NCBI GenBank assembly: GCA_965214705.1
Contig: OZ243972.1
Location: 1,600,001-1,664,000 of the forward strand
From: Alphaproteobacteria bacterium
Lineage (GTDB): Bacteria; Pseudomonadota; Alphaproteobacteria; UBA828
Direction: 5' to 3'
Length of the DNA: 64,000 nucleotides
The notes beneath the pieces were generated by a model. It was not told the origin of the DNA and did not search any database. It saw only the letters and a list, made by a program, of their open reading frames with translations. This document shows, piece after piece, positions 8,310 through 19,231 of the stretch. A program made the translations under genes and the position numbers. Position 1 is the first letter of the stretch. Every line of letters begins with the position of its first letter.

Positions 8310-11249
8310 TTAGAGCTCGAGCTCCAGTTCGGGCCCCTCCCGGACCTTCTCCCGCCCCGGCTTCCTGCCCGATTGCTCGGCCGTCGGCCCCGCCGGCGCC
8401 GGTTCCGGCATCTTCGGTTCCGACTTGCTTCGGCCGCCTTCGCGTGCGGGTGCCCGTCCCAATCCTTCTTCGACCGGCCTGTCGTGCTCGCTCTCGAGTG
8501 CTTCCAGCGCCGAAATGCGTTCGCCGGTCACCGCCTCCAGGCGCTCGCGCAGCGCGTTTCGATCGTCCGTGACCAACTCGGCGCTGTAGCGTGCTCGACT
8601 GATCTCCACATAGAGCGTCTTCTGTGTCGTCAGGTGGGGATGATTGGCCTCCATCGCGGCGATCACACGATCCACCGTACGACCCTGGAACGCATGCACG
8701 GTGGATGCCCATGCTCTGTCGATATGCCGCAGCTGCGGATCGTCCGCACGCAAGTTCAGCTCCCGTCCGCTTTCGAGCCTGAACGCGACCTTGCCGCCTT
8801 TCACATCGGTCACCTCTGCCGTGCCGCTGTTGACGAGCCGATGGTTCGCATCGTTTCGTGTCCAGCACACGCGGTCTCCCCGACGCAGCTCCAACGTGTC
8901 CGCGGCATAGACCTCGACCCCGCCCGTTCTTGCCGCCAAGCGTTCCGGCTCCCAGGACACCTTGTCGCCGTCTCTCGACTTCAGTTCGACCACGCCCGCC
9001 TTATGCTTGACGCCCGCCACGCGAAGCTCGTCGCCTTTCTCGACACCGAGACGTTTGTAGGATCGATGAAAGGCCACCACGTCGCCGACCGCGTAGTTGG
9101 CCGCCAGACACTTTTCGGCATTGGTGTAACCGCGAGAGACCAGGCGCTCCGCGTTCATTGCCGGTCCGACGATGGCACCGTCCCGTATCAATCTCTCCCG
9201 CACGATCTCGTTTATCCTCTCACGCAAGGCTTGGCTCGGAGCCATCAGACCCGCGTTGTCGCGCTCTTCGGCCGACAGCGCGAGCCATCGCGCCGCCGCC
9301 GCACCGGCGAGATTGTCCGGCTGAACCTCGGCCACATTCGAACCCAGCTTTTCGAACGCCTTGCGGACATCCCCCGCGAGGCTCGCTTCGACTGCTTCCT
9401 TCAGGGCCGGGTCGCGCTGACGCACGATCTCGTCCATGACCGCGGTTTTCATGCCCGCACCCTGCAACTGCGCGAACGGCTTGCCGGCATCGACGGCATC
9501 GAGCTGCTTCTCGTCGCCCACGAGGACCACCCGCGGCAATCGCAGCGTGTTGGCGATCTTCAGCAGACTTCGGGTCTGCGCTGTCGAAGCCAGAGAACCC
9601 TCGTCTACCACGAACACGGTCTTCGCGAACCTGGCCCGCATGTCGCGCTCGCCCCTGTCCGTCAATCTTCCCTCGGCGACACCGGCATAGCGTGCCAGGA
9701 ACCGCTGCAGGGTCTCGCTCTCGATCCCGGCTTCGCCGGCAAGCGTTTGCGCGGCAGACGCGGACGGTGCCAGGCCCTTGACCTCTAACCCCCGCTTTTC
9801 GAGAAGCTCCCGCGTTCGCTTCAGCATGGTGGTCTTGCCGGTGCCGGCATAGCCCTGGACCCCCACCACGCGATCCTTCTCCGACACGATGAGCTTCACG
9901 GCCTCCTTCTGTCCGACCGTGAGCGGACCGTTTCGCAGTGCCTTCCCCACAGCACGTCCGCGCATCGGAGCGGGAGCTCGTCCCTGGCCGCGTTCCATGA
10001 GCGCGATGGTCTCACGCTCGTCCGCCACCGCCTTGTCGGTCGTGAACGACTCTCCAGGTACCGGGAGAGCCGCCGCGTGCAGCGTTCCCGCCCTCTCCAG
10101 CCGGGCGACGCCAGCCTCCGCCTCGCCGATGGTCACGACGCCCGGCCGCCAGGCGAGAGAGGCGGCAAGCAGCGACGTTCGGGAGAACACTGCCTCGCGC
10201 TCCGACAGGTGCGCCACTGCCCATGCGACGGCGGCGTCGGCATCGCGCTGCGCCGCCGACTTCGAGCCTTCCAGCTCATCGGACCGAGCGACGTTCTCAC
10301 GCTCCGTCTTCCGTTGCGCCGTGCGCCGCGCAGCCTCGTCTGCGAGCCTGTCAACCTCCAGACCGAGATCGGCCGCCTGCCTCTGCCAGCTTGTCCGCAG
10401 CTCCTCCTTGTCCACATCTCGCTTGTGCGCGCGGGTCATCAGGGAGGCGCGCTGCGCCAGTCGCTGGTTCTCTGCCGGTCCCCCAAGACCCTGCGCCGCC
10501 ATCGCCGCTTCGATTTCCGCCCTGCGTGTCGAGAACGCCTCGATCGTCATGCGCGCCACGCCCGCGATCTCGAAGCGTCCGTCCGCATGCGTCTTCTCGG
10601 TCGCGTAACCCAGCGTATCCAGCTCTCTCGCCAGCTCCGCGCGATACAGAGCGCCGATCAGCATCTTGGATGCATACAGCTTCTCGTTGGCCATGGTGCG
10701 CCACTTGCCGTCCTCGCCCTGCACCATGTTGGCGATCACGGCATGCGTATGGAGCTGGGGATCAAGATTGCGAGAGGTGTCATGGCGGAAGGTGGCGATC
10801 AGCGCCTTCTGGTCCCTGGCCCGGGTCATGCGGCCCGTCTCCGCATCCCTCAACCTGGTCTCGACGACGTTCTCCTCGATCCAGGCGAGCGTCCTCCGCA
10901 CCGCCTCGTCATGGGCGGCGACGATACGGGAATCGCCACCGATCAGGGCTGCGATGGAAACCGACTTCGGGGCGGAGAAGGTGACGTCCCGCCCGGGTCT
11001 GTGACTGAACGTGCCGTCCTTTTCGCGCCGGCCCAGCCTGCGTCCCGATCCGTCGGGAACCGTGCCTTCCAGCACGCCCTGGAACGTGTCCGGATCCACC
11101 GCGCCCGACAGTCCCAGAGCCTCGGCTCCTTTGCCCGCCCAGGCACTGGCGTCCCGATGCTCGGGATCGTCCTTCGCGTAGTACCCGTCCTTCTCGTAGT
11201 AGGTGACTCCCTGGGCGGGCGAAGCCACTGCGCCGATCGAGGCGACCAT
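8310..11249 (-). CDS. trwC: MOBF relaxase-helicase (TrwC/TraI family)
   Basis: N-terminal YYEKDGYY, DVTFSAPKSVS, HDTSRNLDPQLHTH (HUH), FSTRRAEI; helicase motifs GYAGTGKT, DEGS and HAFQGRT. Confidence 0.95.
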   Translation of the reverse strand: MVASIGAVASPAQGVTYYEKDGYYAKDDPEHRDASAWAGKGAEALGLSGAVDPDTFQGVLEGTVPDGSGRRLGRREKDGTFSHRPGRDVTFSAPKSVSIAALIGGDSRIVAAHDEAVRRTLAWIEENVVETRLRDAETGRMTRARDQKALIATFRHDTSRNLDPQLHTHAVIANMVQGEDGKWRTMANEKLYASKMLIGALYRAELARELDTLGYATEKTHADGRFEIAGVARMTIEAFSTRRAEIEAAMAAQGLGGPAENQRLAQRASLMTRAHKRDVDKEELRTSWQRQAADLGLEVDRLADEAARRTAQRKTERENVARSDELEGSKSAAQRDADAAVAWAVAHLSEREAVFSRTSLLAASLAWRPGVVTIGEAEAGVARLERAGTLHAAALPVPGESFTTDKAVADERETIALMERGQGRAPAPMRGRAVGKALRNGPLTVGQKEAVKLIVSEKDRVVGVQGYAGTGKTTMLKRTRELLEKRGLEVKGLAPSASAAQTLAGEAGIESETLQRFLARYAGVAEGRLTDRGERDMRARFAKTVFVVDEGSLASTAQTRSLLKIANTLRLPRVVLVGDEKQLDAVDAGKPFAQLQGAGMKTAVMDEIVRQRDPALKEAVEASLAGDVRKAFEKLGSNVAEVQPDNLAGAAAARWLALSAEERDNAGLMAPSQALRERINEIVRERLIRDGAIVGPAMNAERLVSRGYTNAEKCLAANYAVGDVVAFHRSYKRLGVEKGDELRVAGVKHKAGVVELKSRDGDKVSWEPERLAARTGGVEVYAADTLELRRGDRVCWTRNDANHRLVNSGTAEVTDVKGGKVAFRLESGRELNLRADDPQLRHIDRAWASTVHAFQGRTVDRVIAAMEANHPHLTTQKTLYVEISRARYSAELVTDDRNALRERLEAVTGERISALEALESEHDRPVEEGLGRAPAREGGRSKSEPKMPEPAPAGPTAEQSGRKPGREKVREGPELELEL

Positions 11250-11250
11250 C

Positions 11251-13470
11251 TCACAACCGGAGTACGGGCAGAGGCCGTTCTCCGTCCGCTACTTCTGCGT
11301 CGACGACGCCTTCGCCGGCTTCGCCTCGCTCAGCCACGCCTTCACCTGCTCCTGCGCCGTTCGAATCGCCTGCATCCTGCGCTTCGGCGCCTATCGCGGT
11401 TCCGGCGCCTTGGGAACGTCGCCGCTCGGGAAGGCCATCCATCGTTGCCACCTCATCGTCCCGCTCCCAAAGGGCCCATTCGTGCGGTGTCCACCCCTCT
11501 TCATGCCACCCCGCCGAATTCTCTCCATGGGAATCGTCCAAGCCCGTTTCCGCAATTTCAATTGCTCCATTCACGGTCCCCCCGGCTGGCATCGAATCCG
11601 CGACATCCGCAATCCTTGATGGAATCTCTCCACCGTCGTCGGCGGGTTCCGTGGCAGTGACGAACGTTTGCCCGCGCATCTCCTTCGAGCCCGCCCCATG
11701 CGATGGTGTCCGGGAGCGGTCACCGGCACCGCTCCGACCATCATTCCTGGGCACGAAGCGCTGCGCCACCGGGCTCCGCTCCTTGTACGTGAGCGCGATC
11801 CGGGCCACCGGCCAGGAGCCCGGGAACTTGAGATAGCCCGTCAGATTCTCGAGACGCGCCACCTCCGCCGGCAGCACCAGGGGGCGGAGGTCGCGGCGCG
11901 CGCTCAGCGTCACCCCGTCGCGGGGCGTGTCGTAGCTCACCCCCTCCGCGAGGGATTCCACCTCGACCCGCCCGAGGCTTTCCGCCGACCACTCGGACGT
12001 GTCCCTGTCGGGCGCCGCCAGCACCACACGGGTGCCGCAGAGGCCGGAGATCGTCTCCGCCCCGTCCCGGCCGTAGAGGTCCCGCAACGCCGAGAATACC
12101 TGGACGCCCAGCACGAAGCAGCCGCCGAACTGGCGGCTCTCGGCGAGGCCGGGACGGAGCGAGGGGAGCTGGTGAAGTGTCGGCAGCTCGTCCAGTATCA
12201 GCCAGGTGCGGCGCCCGTCCCGGCGGGGCAGCGAGAGCAGCGCGTTCACCGCGATCTCGAGCCAGGTCGAGATCAGGCCTCGCAGGCTTGCATGCTGGTC
12301 GCCCCGCGAGGTGAGGAACAGGAAGCCGGCACCCTCGCTCTCGACCCACTCTCGAATCGAGAAAGAGGGTCCCTCGTCGGGCAGCAGGTCCATGGCGCCG
12401 ATGTTGGCCGTGAGCATGGCGCGCACGGAGAGCGCCGTCTTGGGGTTCTCGGGATCGACGATAGACTGGGCCACGGTGCCCTCCATGGCTTCCGCCAGCG
12501 CCTTGAGCTCGGTCTTGAGCAGGTGGTCGACCAGCACCCGGTTGCGGGTCTCTCCCCGCTGCCATAGCACAGCCGCGCCGTGGGAGAAGAGCTGGCGGGC
12601 CGCGGTGATCCAGAAGGGATCTGCCGCATCCTTCTGCCTGGGGATGAGGGCGGCCGCCATGGTGTCGAAGTCGCGTGCGGTACGGGCTTCGACGAACGGC
12701 GACCAGCGCGGCGCGCGGGCGTCGAGGGGGTTGAGGAGGACGTCTTGCGCGGGGTCGTAGAAGGTCTCGGTGTAGGAGCCCATCTTGTCGTAGACAACGC
12801 AGCGCTCGCCTCTCTTCCGGATCTGCTCCACCAGATCGGCGATGAGCACGGTCTTGCCCGACCCCGTCGTCCCGGAGACGATGGTGTGGCGGGTCTCGGC
12901 GCCCGAGGGCCAGGGGATGCCCGCGATCCGGTATGAACAGGGTTCGTTGCGCCGGAGCAGCCGGCGCGCGCGGCGGTGCAGGGGCAGCGCGCGCCACGCG
13001 AGTTCCCCCGACGTGACCAGCTCGCCGCCTCTGAGCCTTCGGCCCCTTCGGAGACTCCCGCCCACGATGCGCATCGCCACCAGGTAGACGGCGACGAGGG
13101 CGGCACCACTGCCGAAGCCCAGCATGGCGGCGTCGAGAGCGTCCCCTGCGACGCGGTCGCGCAGCCTGAGAATGGGCTTGAACGTGACGATGTAGGCCAG
13201 ACTGCTGGAATAGACCTGCCCGTCCAGGTCCCGGATCTTCTTGCTCTTGTCCGGGTCGAACCCGGCAGCGAGCATGAACTCGCAGAGCGCGTAGACGCCC
13301 ATGACGTGCCAGTCGTGGGAGCTGGTCTCGTCCCAGGTCTTCCAGGCTGCTGCGATGAGCGCACAGGCAAGAGCAGCGAGCAAGGCGCGCTCGACCACCT
13401 TGCGCCAGGTGCGCAGGCCCCGAGCGGCAACACGGACGCCGCGTCCGGTGTCGCCGCCCACCCCGGTCAT
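11251..13470 (-). CDS. traD: Type IV coupling protein (TraD/TrwB family)
   Basis: Two N-terminal TMs, GTTGSGKT, LLNPLDAR, DPFW, LILDELPTL and ESRQFGGCFVLG; ATG at 13470 overlaps the upstream TGA. Confidence 0.92.
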   Translation of the reverse strand: MTGVGGDTGRGVRVAARGLRTWRKVVERALLAALACALIAAAWKTWDETSSHDWHVMGVYALCEFMLAAGFDPDKSKKIRDLDGQVYSSSLAYIVTFKPILRLRDRVAGDALDAAMLGFGSGAALVAVYLVAMRIVGGSLRRGRRLRGGELVTSGELAWRALPLHRRARRLLRRNEPCSYRIAGIPWPSGAETRHTIVSGTTGSGKTVLIADLVEQIRKRGERCVVYDKMGSYTETFYDPAQDVLLNPLDARAPRWSPFVEARTARDFDTMAAALIPRQKDAADPFWITAARQLFSHGAAVLWQRGETRNRVLVDHLLKTELKALAEAMEGTVAQSIVDPENPKTALSVRAMLTANIGAMDLLPDEGPSFSIREWVESEGAGFLFLTSRGDQHASLRGLISTWLEIAVNALLSLPRRDGRRTWLILDELPTLHQLPSLRPGLAESRQFGGCFVLGVQVFSALRDLYGRDGAETISGLCGTRVVLAAPDRDTSEWSAESLGRVEVESLAEGVSYDTPRDGVTLSARRDLRPLVLPAEVARLENLTGYLKFPGSWPVARIALTYKERSPVAQRFVPRNDGRSGAGDRSRTPSHGAGSKEMRGQTFVTATEPADDGGEIPSRIADVADSMPAGGTVNGAIEIAETGLDDSHGENSAGWHEEGWTPHEWALWERDDEVATMDGLPERRRSQGAGTAIGAEAQDAGDSNGAGAGEGVAERGEAGEGVVDAEVADGERPLPVLRL

Positions 13471-13673
13471 CAGCTTTCCCCGGTGCTCGGGACGCCGCCC
13501 GCCCCCCCGGCGAGCTGACTGAACCGTTCCAGCCAGCGCTCCGCCGCCTGCTCGGGCGGCATGGGCCGGACCGTCTTTCGCGACGGCGGGAACGGCGCCC
13601 CGCCGCCGACTCCGAGGTCGCGGCGCTCCGCCGCATCGGTCATGCGAACCACCAGCCGCAGCAGTTCCTCCCA

Positions 13674-15875
13674 CAGGGCAAATTTGTCCAAGCGGCTGGT
13701 AGGCAGTTGAGTTCTGGCCACGGGTTGTGCGGATCGGCTTTGTTGCGGGGTTTGCGGCGGGGTCTGGCCGAGCATCCGGTTCGGTCAGACGGTTCTGGCA
13801 TTACCGTGTGGGCGGTGCGGGCGGTGCCGTCGCGATTTGGCGGTGCCCCGACATGATGGATCGCGCCACCGGCGTGGTCGGGAGCGAGGGCAGGTACGAT
13901 CTTTGCGCCCGGCTTGCCGGGCGCCGGGGTTCAGGCCGGCGCGGCGCGCTTTGCGGTCCTCGGCTGGGTGTTCCCGGTCATTTTCAGGAAGTCGAGGACG
14001 GCGCGGACGTTGCGGGCGAGCCTGCGCACGGTCGAGGCGACCTCGAGCCCCCGGCCCTTGATCAGGCCGATGGCGAAGCGCCGCAGGCGGGTCATGTTCT
14101 CGGGGCCGAAGCCTGTGCGTATGCGGCTGCGGTCCTCGTCCCAGGTCCAGTCGAGGCAGTGGTGCGAGCTGTTCTCGATGCACCAGTGGCCGCGGTTGAG
14201 GGCGAGCAGGCTCTGCGCGTTGGCCGTGCCGGGCGTGTGGCTGGAGATCCCGTAGGCGGTCTCGGTGCCGGTCTCGCCGGTCTTCTTGTCCTGGCGGGAG
14301 CGCTCGATCATGAAGACCTGGCCGACGCCCGGGAAGTCGAGAAAGCCGTTCAACTCCGTGCTCGTCCAGATTGCCCGCTGCTCGATGCGTCCGTGCGACA
14401 GCGCGGCCTCCTCCTCGAAGTCGGGCTCACGCTCCGGCGCCTCTTCGAAGAGCAGCGTCACATCGTCCCGCATGGTCTTCTGGTTCCCTTTCACGATGAA
14501 CATGAAGTGCGCGCCCCGGTCGAGCAGGTAGCGGGCGAACTTGCGCTGGGTTAGCAGCGCGTCCGTCGTGACCGTCTTGCCCGCGATGTTCGGGATCAGG
14601 TCCACCAGCGCCGTCACGGTGCCGATCTCGTTGGTGCGCTTTGTCTCCTCGTCGGCCCCGACTTTCAGGAGAAGTTTTTTTGGGCGAGCGTGGCCTTGGT
14701 CTCGTGCCCGACCGCGCTCATGACATGAGCCTGGGTCCCGTCCTCGTCGATGGCCCCCCTCAGGGTCTTGCCGTCGATGGCAAGCGCCGCGTCGCCTGAG
14801 CCGTGGGCCTCCTGCCACTTGCGCAACGCCTCGTCCAACTGGTCCGGGTCCACCCGGATCACCACATTGCGGATGGTCGACATCGAAGGCGGCCGGCGCA
14901 CCCCGTCGCGCAGCCGCACGCCGAAGCGGGCCAGCGCCTTCTCGCCGAGATCGTCGACCCACTCGGAGATGGCCTTCCAGCCTCGCATGCCGCAGAGCGT
15001 CGCGCCACTCGCAAGCGCGAGCACGCTGGGCAGCGAATGCCGCCGTCCCTTGCGCGTGCGGGGGTCGTCGATGTCCTTGAAGTAGGCGTAGAGCGACTCT
15101 TGCTGAGCGGCGCTGATCATGGTTCTCGGAACTCCTTTCTTCCACAACTCCCGATCCAGCCCGGCAGCGGACAGCCGGCGGCAGGCGTCGGGAACCAGGG
15201 GGCGCAGCAGCACAAGCTTCGGCGTCGAGCCGGCGACATAGCCCGAGCGGTGGCGCCGGAAGCCGCGGGTCTGGCCGACCGCCAGCCATCCAGCCGCCCG
15301 GTAGACCGTGCCCCGGAACCTCGCCGCGTCCACGAATGTTTCCAGCATCAGCACGGGGTGGCCGAAGCGGGCCGGCCAGTCGCGCGCCAAGCGCCGCGCG
15401 CAAAGCCCCAGCACCCGCGAGCCGAGGTTCGGAACACCCCGTCCCGGCAGGATCAGGAAGCGCGCGTTGTTCGCGATCAGATGCAGCCGCCCGTGCTGCG
15501 TGCGGAAGTCCCAGCCGATCCACTCGTCCCGCGCCCGGCACTTGCGCGCCGCAGCCGAAAACACGGCCAGCGCCAGCCACTCGCCGCGCCGATGGGCGAC
15601 GTACCACGCCGTCGCCCCCACCTTCGCAGACGCACCCAGGTAGTGATGCCCCTCCATCAGCGCGCGGAACCGGGCCTCGTCCTCCGGCCGGACAGCAGCG
15701 ACATCGACCTCGGAAAGATCCACCGTAGAAACCGTCCCCCTGCTCGAAGCCGATCCGCAGCAGAACACCGCGAATCCAGTCGCCTCAATCCATAGCAGGG
15801 TTGGCGCGCGCTGACCAGACCCAAGGTCAACTCGTAGCGCAGAACTCAAAATCAGGCTTGGACAAATTCGCCCTG
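13674..15875 (-). mobile_element. ISAs1-family element carrying a DUF4338 domain
   Basis: 20-bp TIRs CAGGGC(A/G)AATTTGTCCAAGC at 13674-13693 and 15856-15875; 10-bp TSD GTTCCTCCCA at 13664-13673 and 15876-15885. Confidence 0.95.
13931..15723 (-). CDS. DUF4338 (DruA-like)-ISAs1 transposase, joined by a -1 frameshift at an A7 run (14675-14681)
   Basis: HHYLG, NNARFLILP and LETFVD (DUF4338); DPRTRKGRRHSL and AIDGKTLRG, then NEI, TDALLTQ, VKGNQ, HGRIE and RGHWCIEN in the -1 frame. Confidence 0.85.
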
Positions 15876-17011
15876 GTTCCTCCCACTCGTCCGGCAGGTC
15901 GGCAGCGAGCCCGGCAGCCTCGCGCACCGCCCTGTCGATGCGCTCGCCGTGGGTCCTGGCGCGCGCCGCCGCCCTTGCCGAGGCGGGGTCGGCGCCGTCA
16001 TCGTCGCCGAGCCAGGCGGCGCGTGCGTTTCCCAGTAGCGCGTGCAATGCCATGGCACGCCGGTCCGCGTCCGGGACACCATCGAGGGCTTCGATCTCCT
16101 CGGAAACGGCGAGCGCGTGCTGCGCGAGGGAGAGGAAGCGGCGGGAGCGCCCGCCCCAGCGGCAGGTGTTGGCCAGCACATGGGCGACGGCCTCGAAGTC
16201 GACGCTGCCGGCCTCGATGTTCTCCGCATCGTCCGGCCAGGAGGGCGGGGGTCCTGATTGCGCGGCCGTCCGCCTGCGGCGGCGTTTGGCTCCGGTGTCC
16301 TGTTCCGTCATCTGCGTTGCCCCTTCAATTCGTATCTCCCTCCTGTTGGAGCAGCGGCGGGCCGTTCGTGTCGGCCCGCCGCTGCATTCCCGGAGGCGCG
16401 GCCGCCCGCCTGTGGCGGCCCTGTCCATTGTTCGGCCGCATGCCTGGAGTTGCGCTCCCTGCGGCGGCGCTTGACCGGCGTTTCGCCTTCTGTGATCTTT
16501 TCGTCAGTACCCATTTGCGCTCTCCTTTTCGTTTCGCGGCGCCGGCGACCGGCTGCAGGGATCGGCCCCCGGCGTTCCGCGTATGGGCCGCTCTTCGTCC
16601 GTCTCTCTTCTGCGTCGAAGAAGGCCTGGGCACCGAAGTTGCGGGTGCCTCCCTGCCGCGCTGCCTCAGACGGCGCTTGACGGGGCATGCGCCTTTCGGT
16701 CACCCTGCCGGTCCTCGTGAAGCATGTTGAGTTGTGCTCTTACGTGCCGGGGGGTGCCCGAGGCCTCTGGTCCAGGGGTGGTCCCCGGCATCGCGAGGGA
16801 AGGCGGTCGTCCGGATTCGGCAGTGCCTGACCGGCTTCCCCTGTTCCCTGAAAGCGTTCCGCTACCGTTTGCGATTTCCTTTCAGTTCAGAGCCTCTTCA
16901 TGGTTTGTGCGCCGGGGGCCGCCCGAGTGAGGCGGCCCCCGGCAGCGCCTTCGCATGGGTGCCTGCAATCGCGGGCGGCCGGTTTCGGACCTCGTGCGTC
17001 GTTGCACTGCC

Positions 17012-19228
17012 TTATCCCCCGGATCCCGAGCCGCCGCGCAGCCGGCCGGTGAGCCGTCCGCTCCCGGCCCTGGCGATCCCGCCGGTGACCGCGCCTGCGA
17101 GGCGGCCCGCACCGTCGTCGTCACCGCCTGCACGCCCGCCGATCCAGTCCAGCACCGCCGCAGGCAGCAGGTCGATCAGCTTGAAAGCGCCGTTCATCAG
17201 CGCGTAGCAGATCATCACGTAGAGGGTGAGCATCGCGAGGAAGCCCACGGGCCCGAGGCCGTCCGAGGCGCCGGCGTCCCTGAGCTGCGGCAGCCAGATG
17301 GCGTTGAGCAGGCCGATGGCGGCGAGGAACACGAAGTAGCCGAGGATCAGCCCGAACAGCATCAGCGGCGGGCGCAGGATCAGGCCCGGCAGGAACAGCC
17401 AGCCCTGCCGGGTGGCGGGCACCGCCAGACCCCGGTCCTCGCCCCGCGTCACGTGCGCGGCGGCGAACACGGTGACGGCGAGCACCGCCTCGACCACGTT
17501 GAGCAGCCAGCCGAAGACGCCGAACAGGAAGCGGATGAACGGGAGCGCGGGGAGCACGAATGCCAGCACGGCGCCCGCGATCAGCATCAGCCCGAGGATG
17601 GTGGAGACGAAGCCGTCGGTAACCCGCCACACGGACTCGAAGGCATCCAGGCCCTTGCCGAAGAAGGGGATGGACTCCAGCAGGCCGGAGCCCACAGCGA
17701 CGCCGGAGATCGCGGCGATGGCGCCGAGCGCAGACGCGATCAGGTCGTGGCCGAAGCCCGCCAGGTCCGCGATGGGGTTGCCGCTGTCGGCGATGATCGC
17801 GGCGTCGAGGTCGATGAATTCGAAGAGGCCGGCGACCAGGCCGCCGTCGCCGCCGCCCGCCGCCGGCAGCGTGCCGGTGACGCCGGCGCCTGCGGCGAAG
17901 AACACGGGCTGCCAGGTGCGCGAGGAGGCCAGCGCGCCCAGCAAGCCCTTGACCGCCGCTGCGGCCGGAGGCGACCACTCCTCCAGGCTCGGCAGAGGAA
18001 GCGCCGCATCCGGGACATTGTGGGCTGCGGCCTGGAAGAGGCCGGTACGGGACGCGATGGTGTTGAAGAAGCCGGCGGCGGCGAGCCAGGAGGAGCCGGC
18101 CGCGTCCGCCGCCACCGCTCGTTCCAGTGCCAATCTCTCCTCGGAGGCCGCGCGGCCGAGCGCGTCGTCGAGCACCGCCTCGTAGGATTCGGCGAGGCCG
18201 CGCGCGTTCATGGCGGCCTCGACGTCCGGCAGGGGCTGGCCGTGGACGGGAGAGCCCGGCAGGAAGCGGTCGCCGAGACCTGCCGCAAGCTGCTGCAATG
18301 CCGGGAACAGCCCCTCCATGGCGCGGCGATGCCCGTGCGCCGCGATTCCCCTGGATCCGTCGGCGTCGAGGCCGTCGAAGCGCACCGCGCCGCACAGGTC
18401 GCGCGGCATGCCCCGCCCGTCGCCGTCGTAGCGCAGCAGCAGCGCACCCTCGATACGCTCCTCGTTCACCTCGATGTAGGGGTCGTCGCCGATGCGCCGC
18501 GCGTTGGCGTTGGCGACATGGGCACACGTCTCGGCCAGCAGCACGCGGGCGATGGCCGAGCGCCAGGCGGCGGCCTTGGGCCTGGGCGCGATGGGATCGC
18601 CCCGTCCCAGCGCCTGTTCCGAGAAGGGCGTCCAGACCGCGCCGGCGAAGTCGCCGCCGAGGGTGGCGAGGCCCACCACTGCGTGCTGGGCGCCGTTCAT
18701 GCCGCCGGGAAGGGGCGCCATGAGGGCGACGGCCGTCACGATCCGCACGATCTCCCACGCCCCGAAGCCCCAGCGGCCCGTGCGAGCGGTGTCGACCGCA
18801 CCGGCCACGGTGTGCCAGAGCAGCAGGAAGCCCGCGAGCACCAGCACCCCGCCGTTGAATACGAACAGCATGTCGCCGAGCACCGCGTGGCGGGCCACGT
18901 CGACGTCGCTCAGGAAACCCAGCAGGTCGCGAGTGGCATTGTCGGCGGTGGCGAAGATCTCCGGGTCGATGGTCTGGGCGTCGGCCGGTGCCACCGCGAG
19001 GCCGGCGGCGCCGAGGCCCGCGAGGCCGCCGCCGAGAGCAGTAAGGCCGAGCCCGAGGAGGGCGCGGTGGCGACGCTCCCGCTCCAGCAGGCGGCGCCAG
19101 CGCCAACCGTCCTGTTGCATCCCGTCCGAGAGGTAACGGACGTTCCGTCCGAAGTGCCGCGCGGCCCGGTGCAGGTCGGCCAGGCTGCGGCCGAGCTCCG
19201 GCGCGAACAGGAAGCGCAGGACTCCCAC
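17012..19228 (-). CDS. dotA: DotA/TraY family polytopic membrane protein
   Basis: Multi-TM N- and C-termini; FVLPALPFIRF, WLLNVVEAVLA, LILRPPLMLFG and LLPAAVLDWIGG motifs. Confidence 0.88.
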   Translation of the reverse strand: MGVLRFLFAPELGRSLADLHRAARHFGRNVRYLSDGMQQDGWRWRRLLERERRHRALLGLGLTALGGGLAGLGAAGLAVAPADAQTIDPEIFATADNATRDLLGFLSDVDVARHAVLGDMLFVFNGGVLVLAGFLLLWHTVAGAVDTARTGRWGFGAWEIVRIVTAVALMAPLPGGMNGAQHAVVGLATLGGDFAGAVWTPFSEQALGRGDPIAPRPKAAAWRSAIARVLLAETCAHVANANARRIGDDPYIEVNEERIEGALLLRYDGDGRGMPRDLCGAVRFDGLDADGSRGIAAHGHRRAMEGLFPALQQLAAGLGDRFLPGSPVHGQPLPDVEAAMNARGLAESYEAVLDDALGRAASEERLALERAVAADAAGSSWLAAAGFFNTIASRTGLFQAAAHNVPDAALPLPSLEEWSPPAAAAVKGLLGALASSRTWQPVFFAAGAGVTGTLPAAGGGDGGLVAGLFEFIDLDAAIIADSGNPIADLAGFGHDLIASALGAIAAISGVAVGSGLLESIPFFGKGLDAFESVWRVTDGFVSTILGLMLIAGAVLAFVLPALPFIRFLFGVFGWLLNVVEAVLAVTVFAAAHVTRGEDRGLAVPATRQGWLFLPGLILRPPLMLFGLILGYFVFLAAIGLLNAIWLPQLRDAGASDGLGPVGFLAMLTLYVMICYALMNGAFKLIDLLPAAVLDWIGGRAGGDDDGAGRLAGAVTGGIARAGSGRLTGRLRGGSGSGG

Positions 19229-19231
19229 GGC

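Larger units (their letters stand above)
13470..16311 (-). pseudogene. HD-superfamily (YfbR/YfdR-like) protein with degenerate HD motif, interrupted by an ISAs1 element
   Basis: AHVLANTCRWGG...SLAQH...ALLGNARAAWLGD. Removing the IS and one TSD joins LPDEWEE to LLRLVVRMTDAAERRDL...MPPEQAAERWLERF in frame. Confidence 0.8.

Noticed and set aside
11251-13674. 807-aa version of TraD
   Set aside because: The extension starts at the IS boundary and overlaps the HD C-terminus; the ATG at 13470 with a TGATG overlap is the better start.
14665-16428. 587-aa HD-DUF4338-transposase fusion ORF as a real gene or Druantia defence system
   Set aside because: The TIRs and TSD show the HD part is the interrupted target gene read through into the IS; no other dru genes are present.
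16308-17011. Small ORFs or oriT between dotA and the HD gene
   Set aside because: The ORFs are low-complexity with no motifs and no recognisable MOBF nic site was found; left unannotated.
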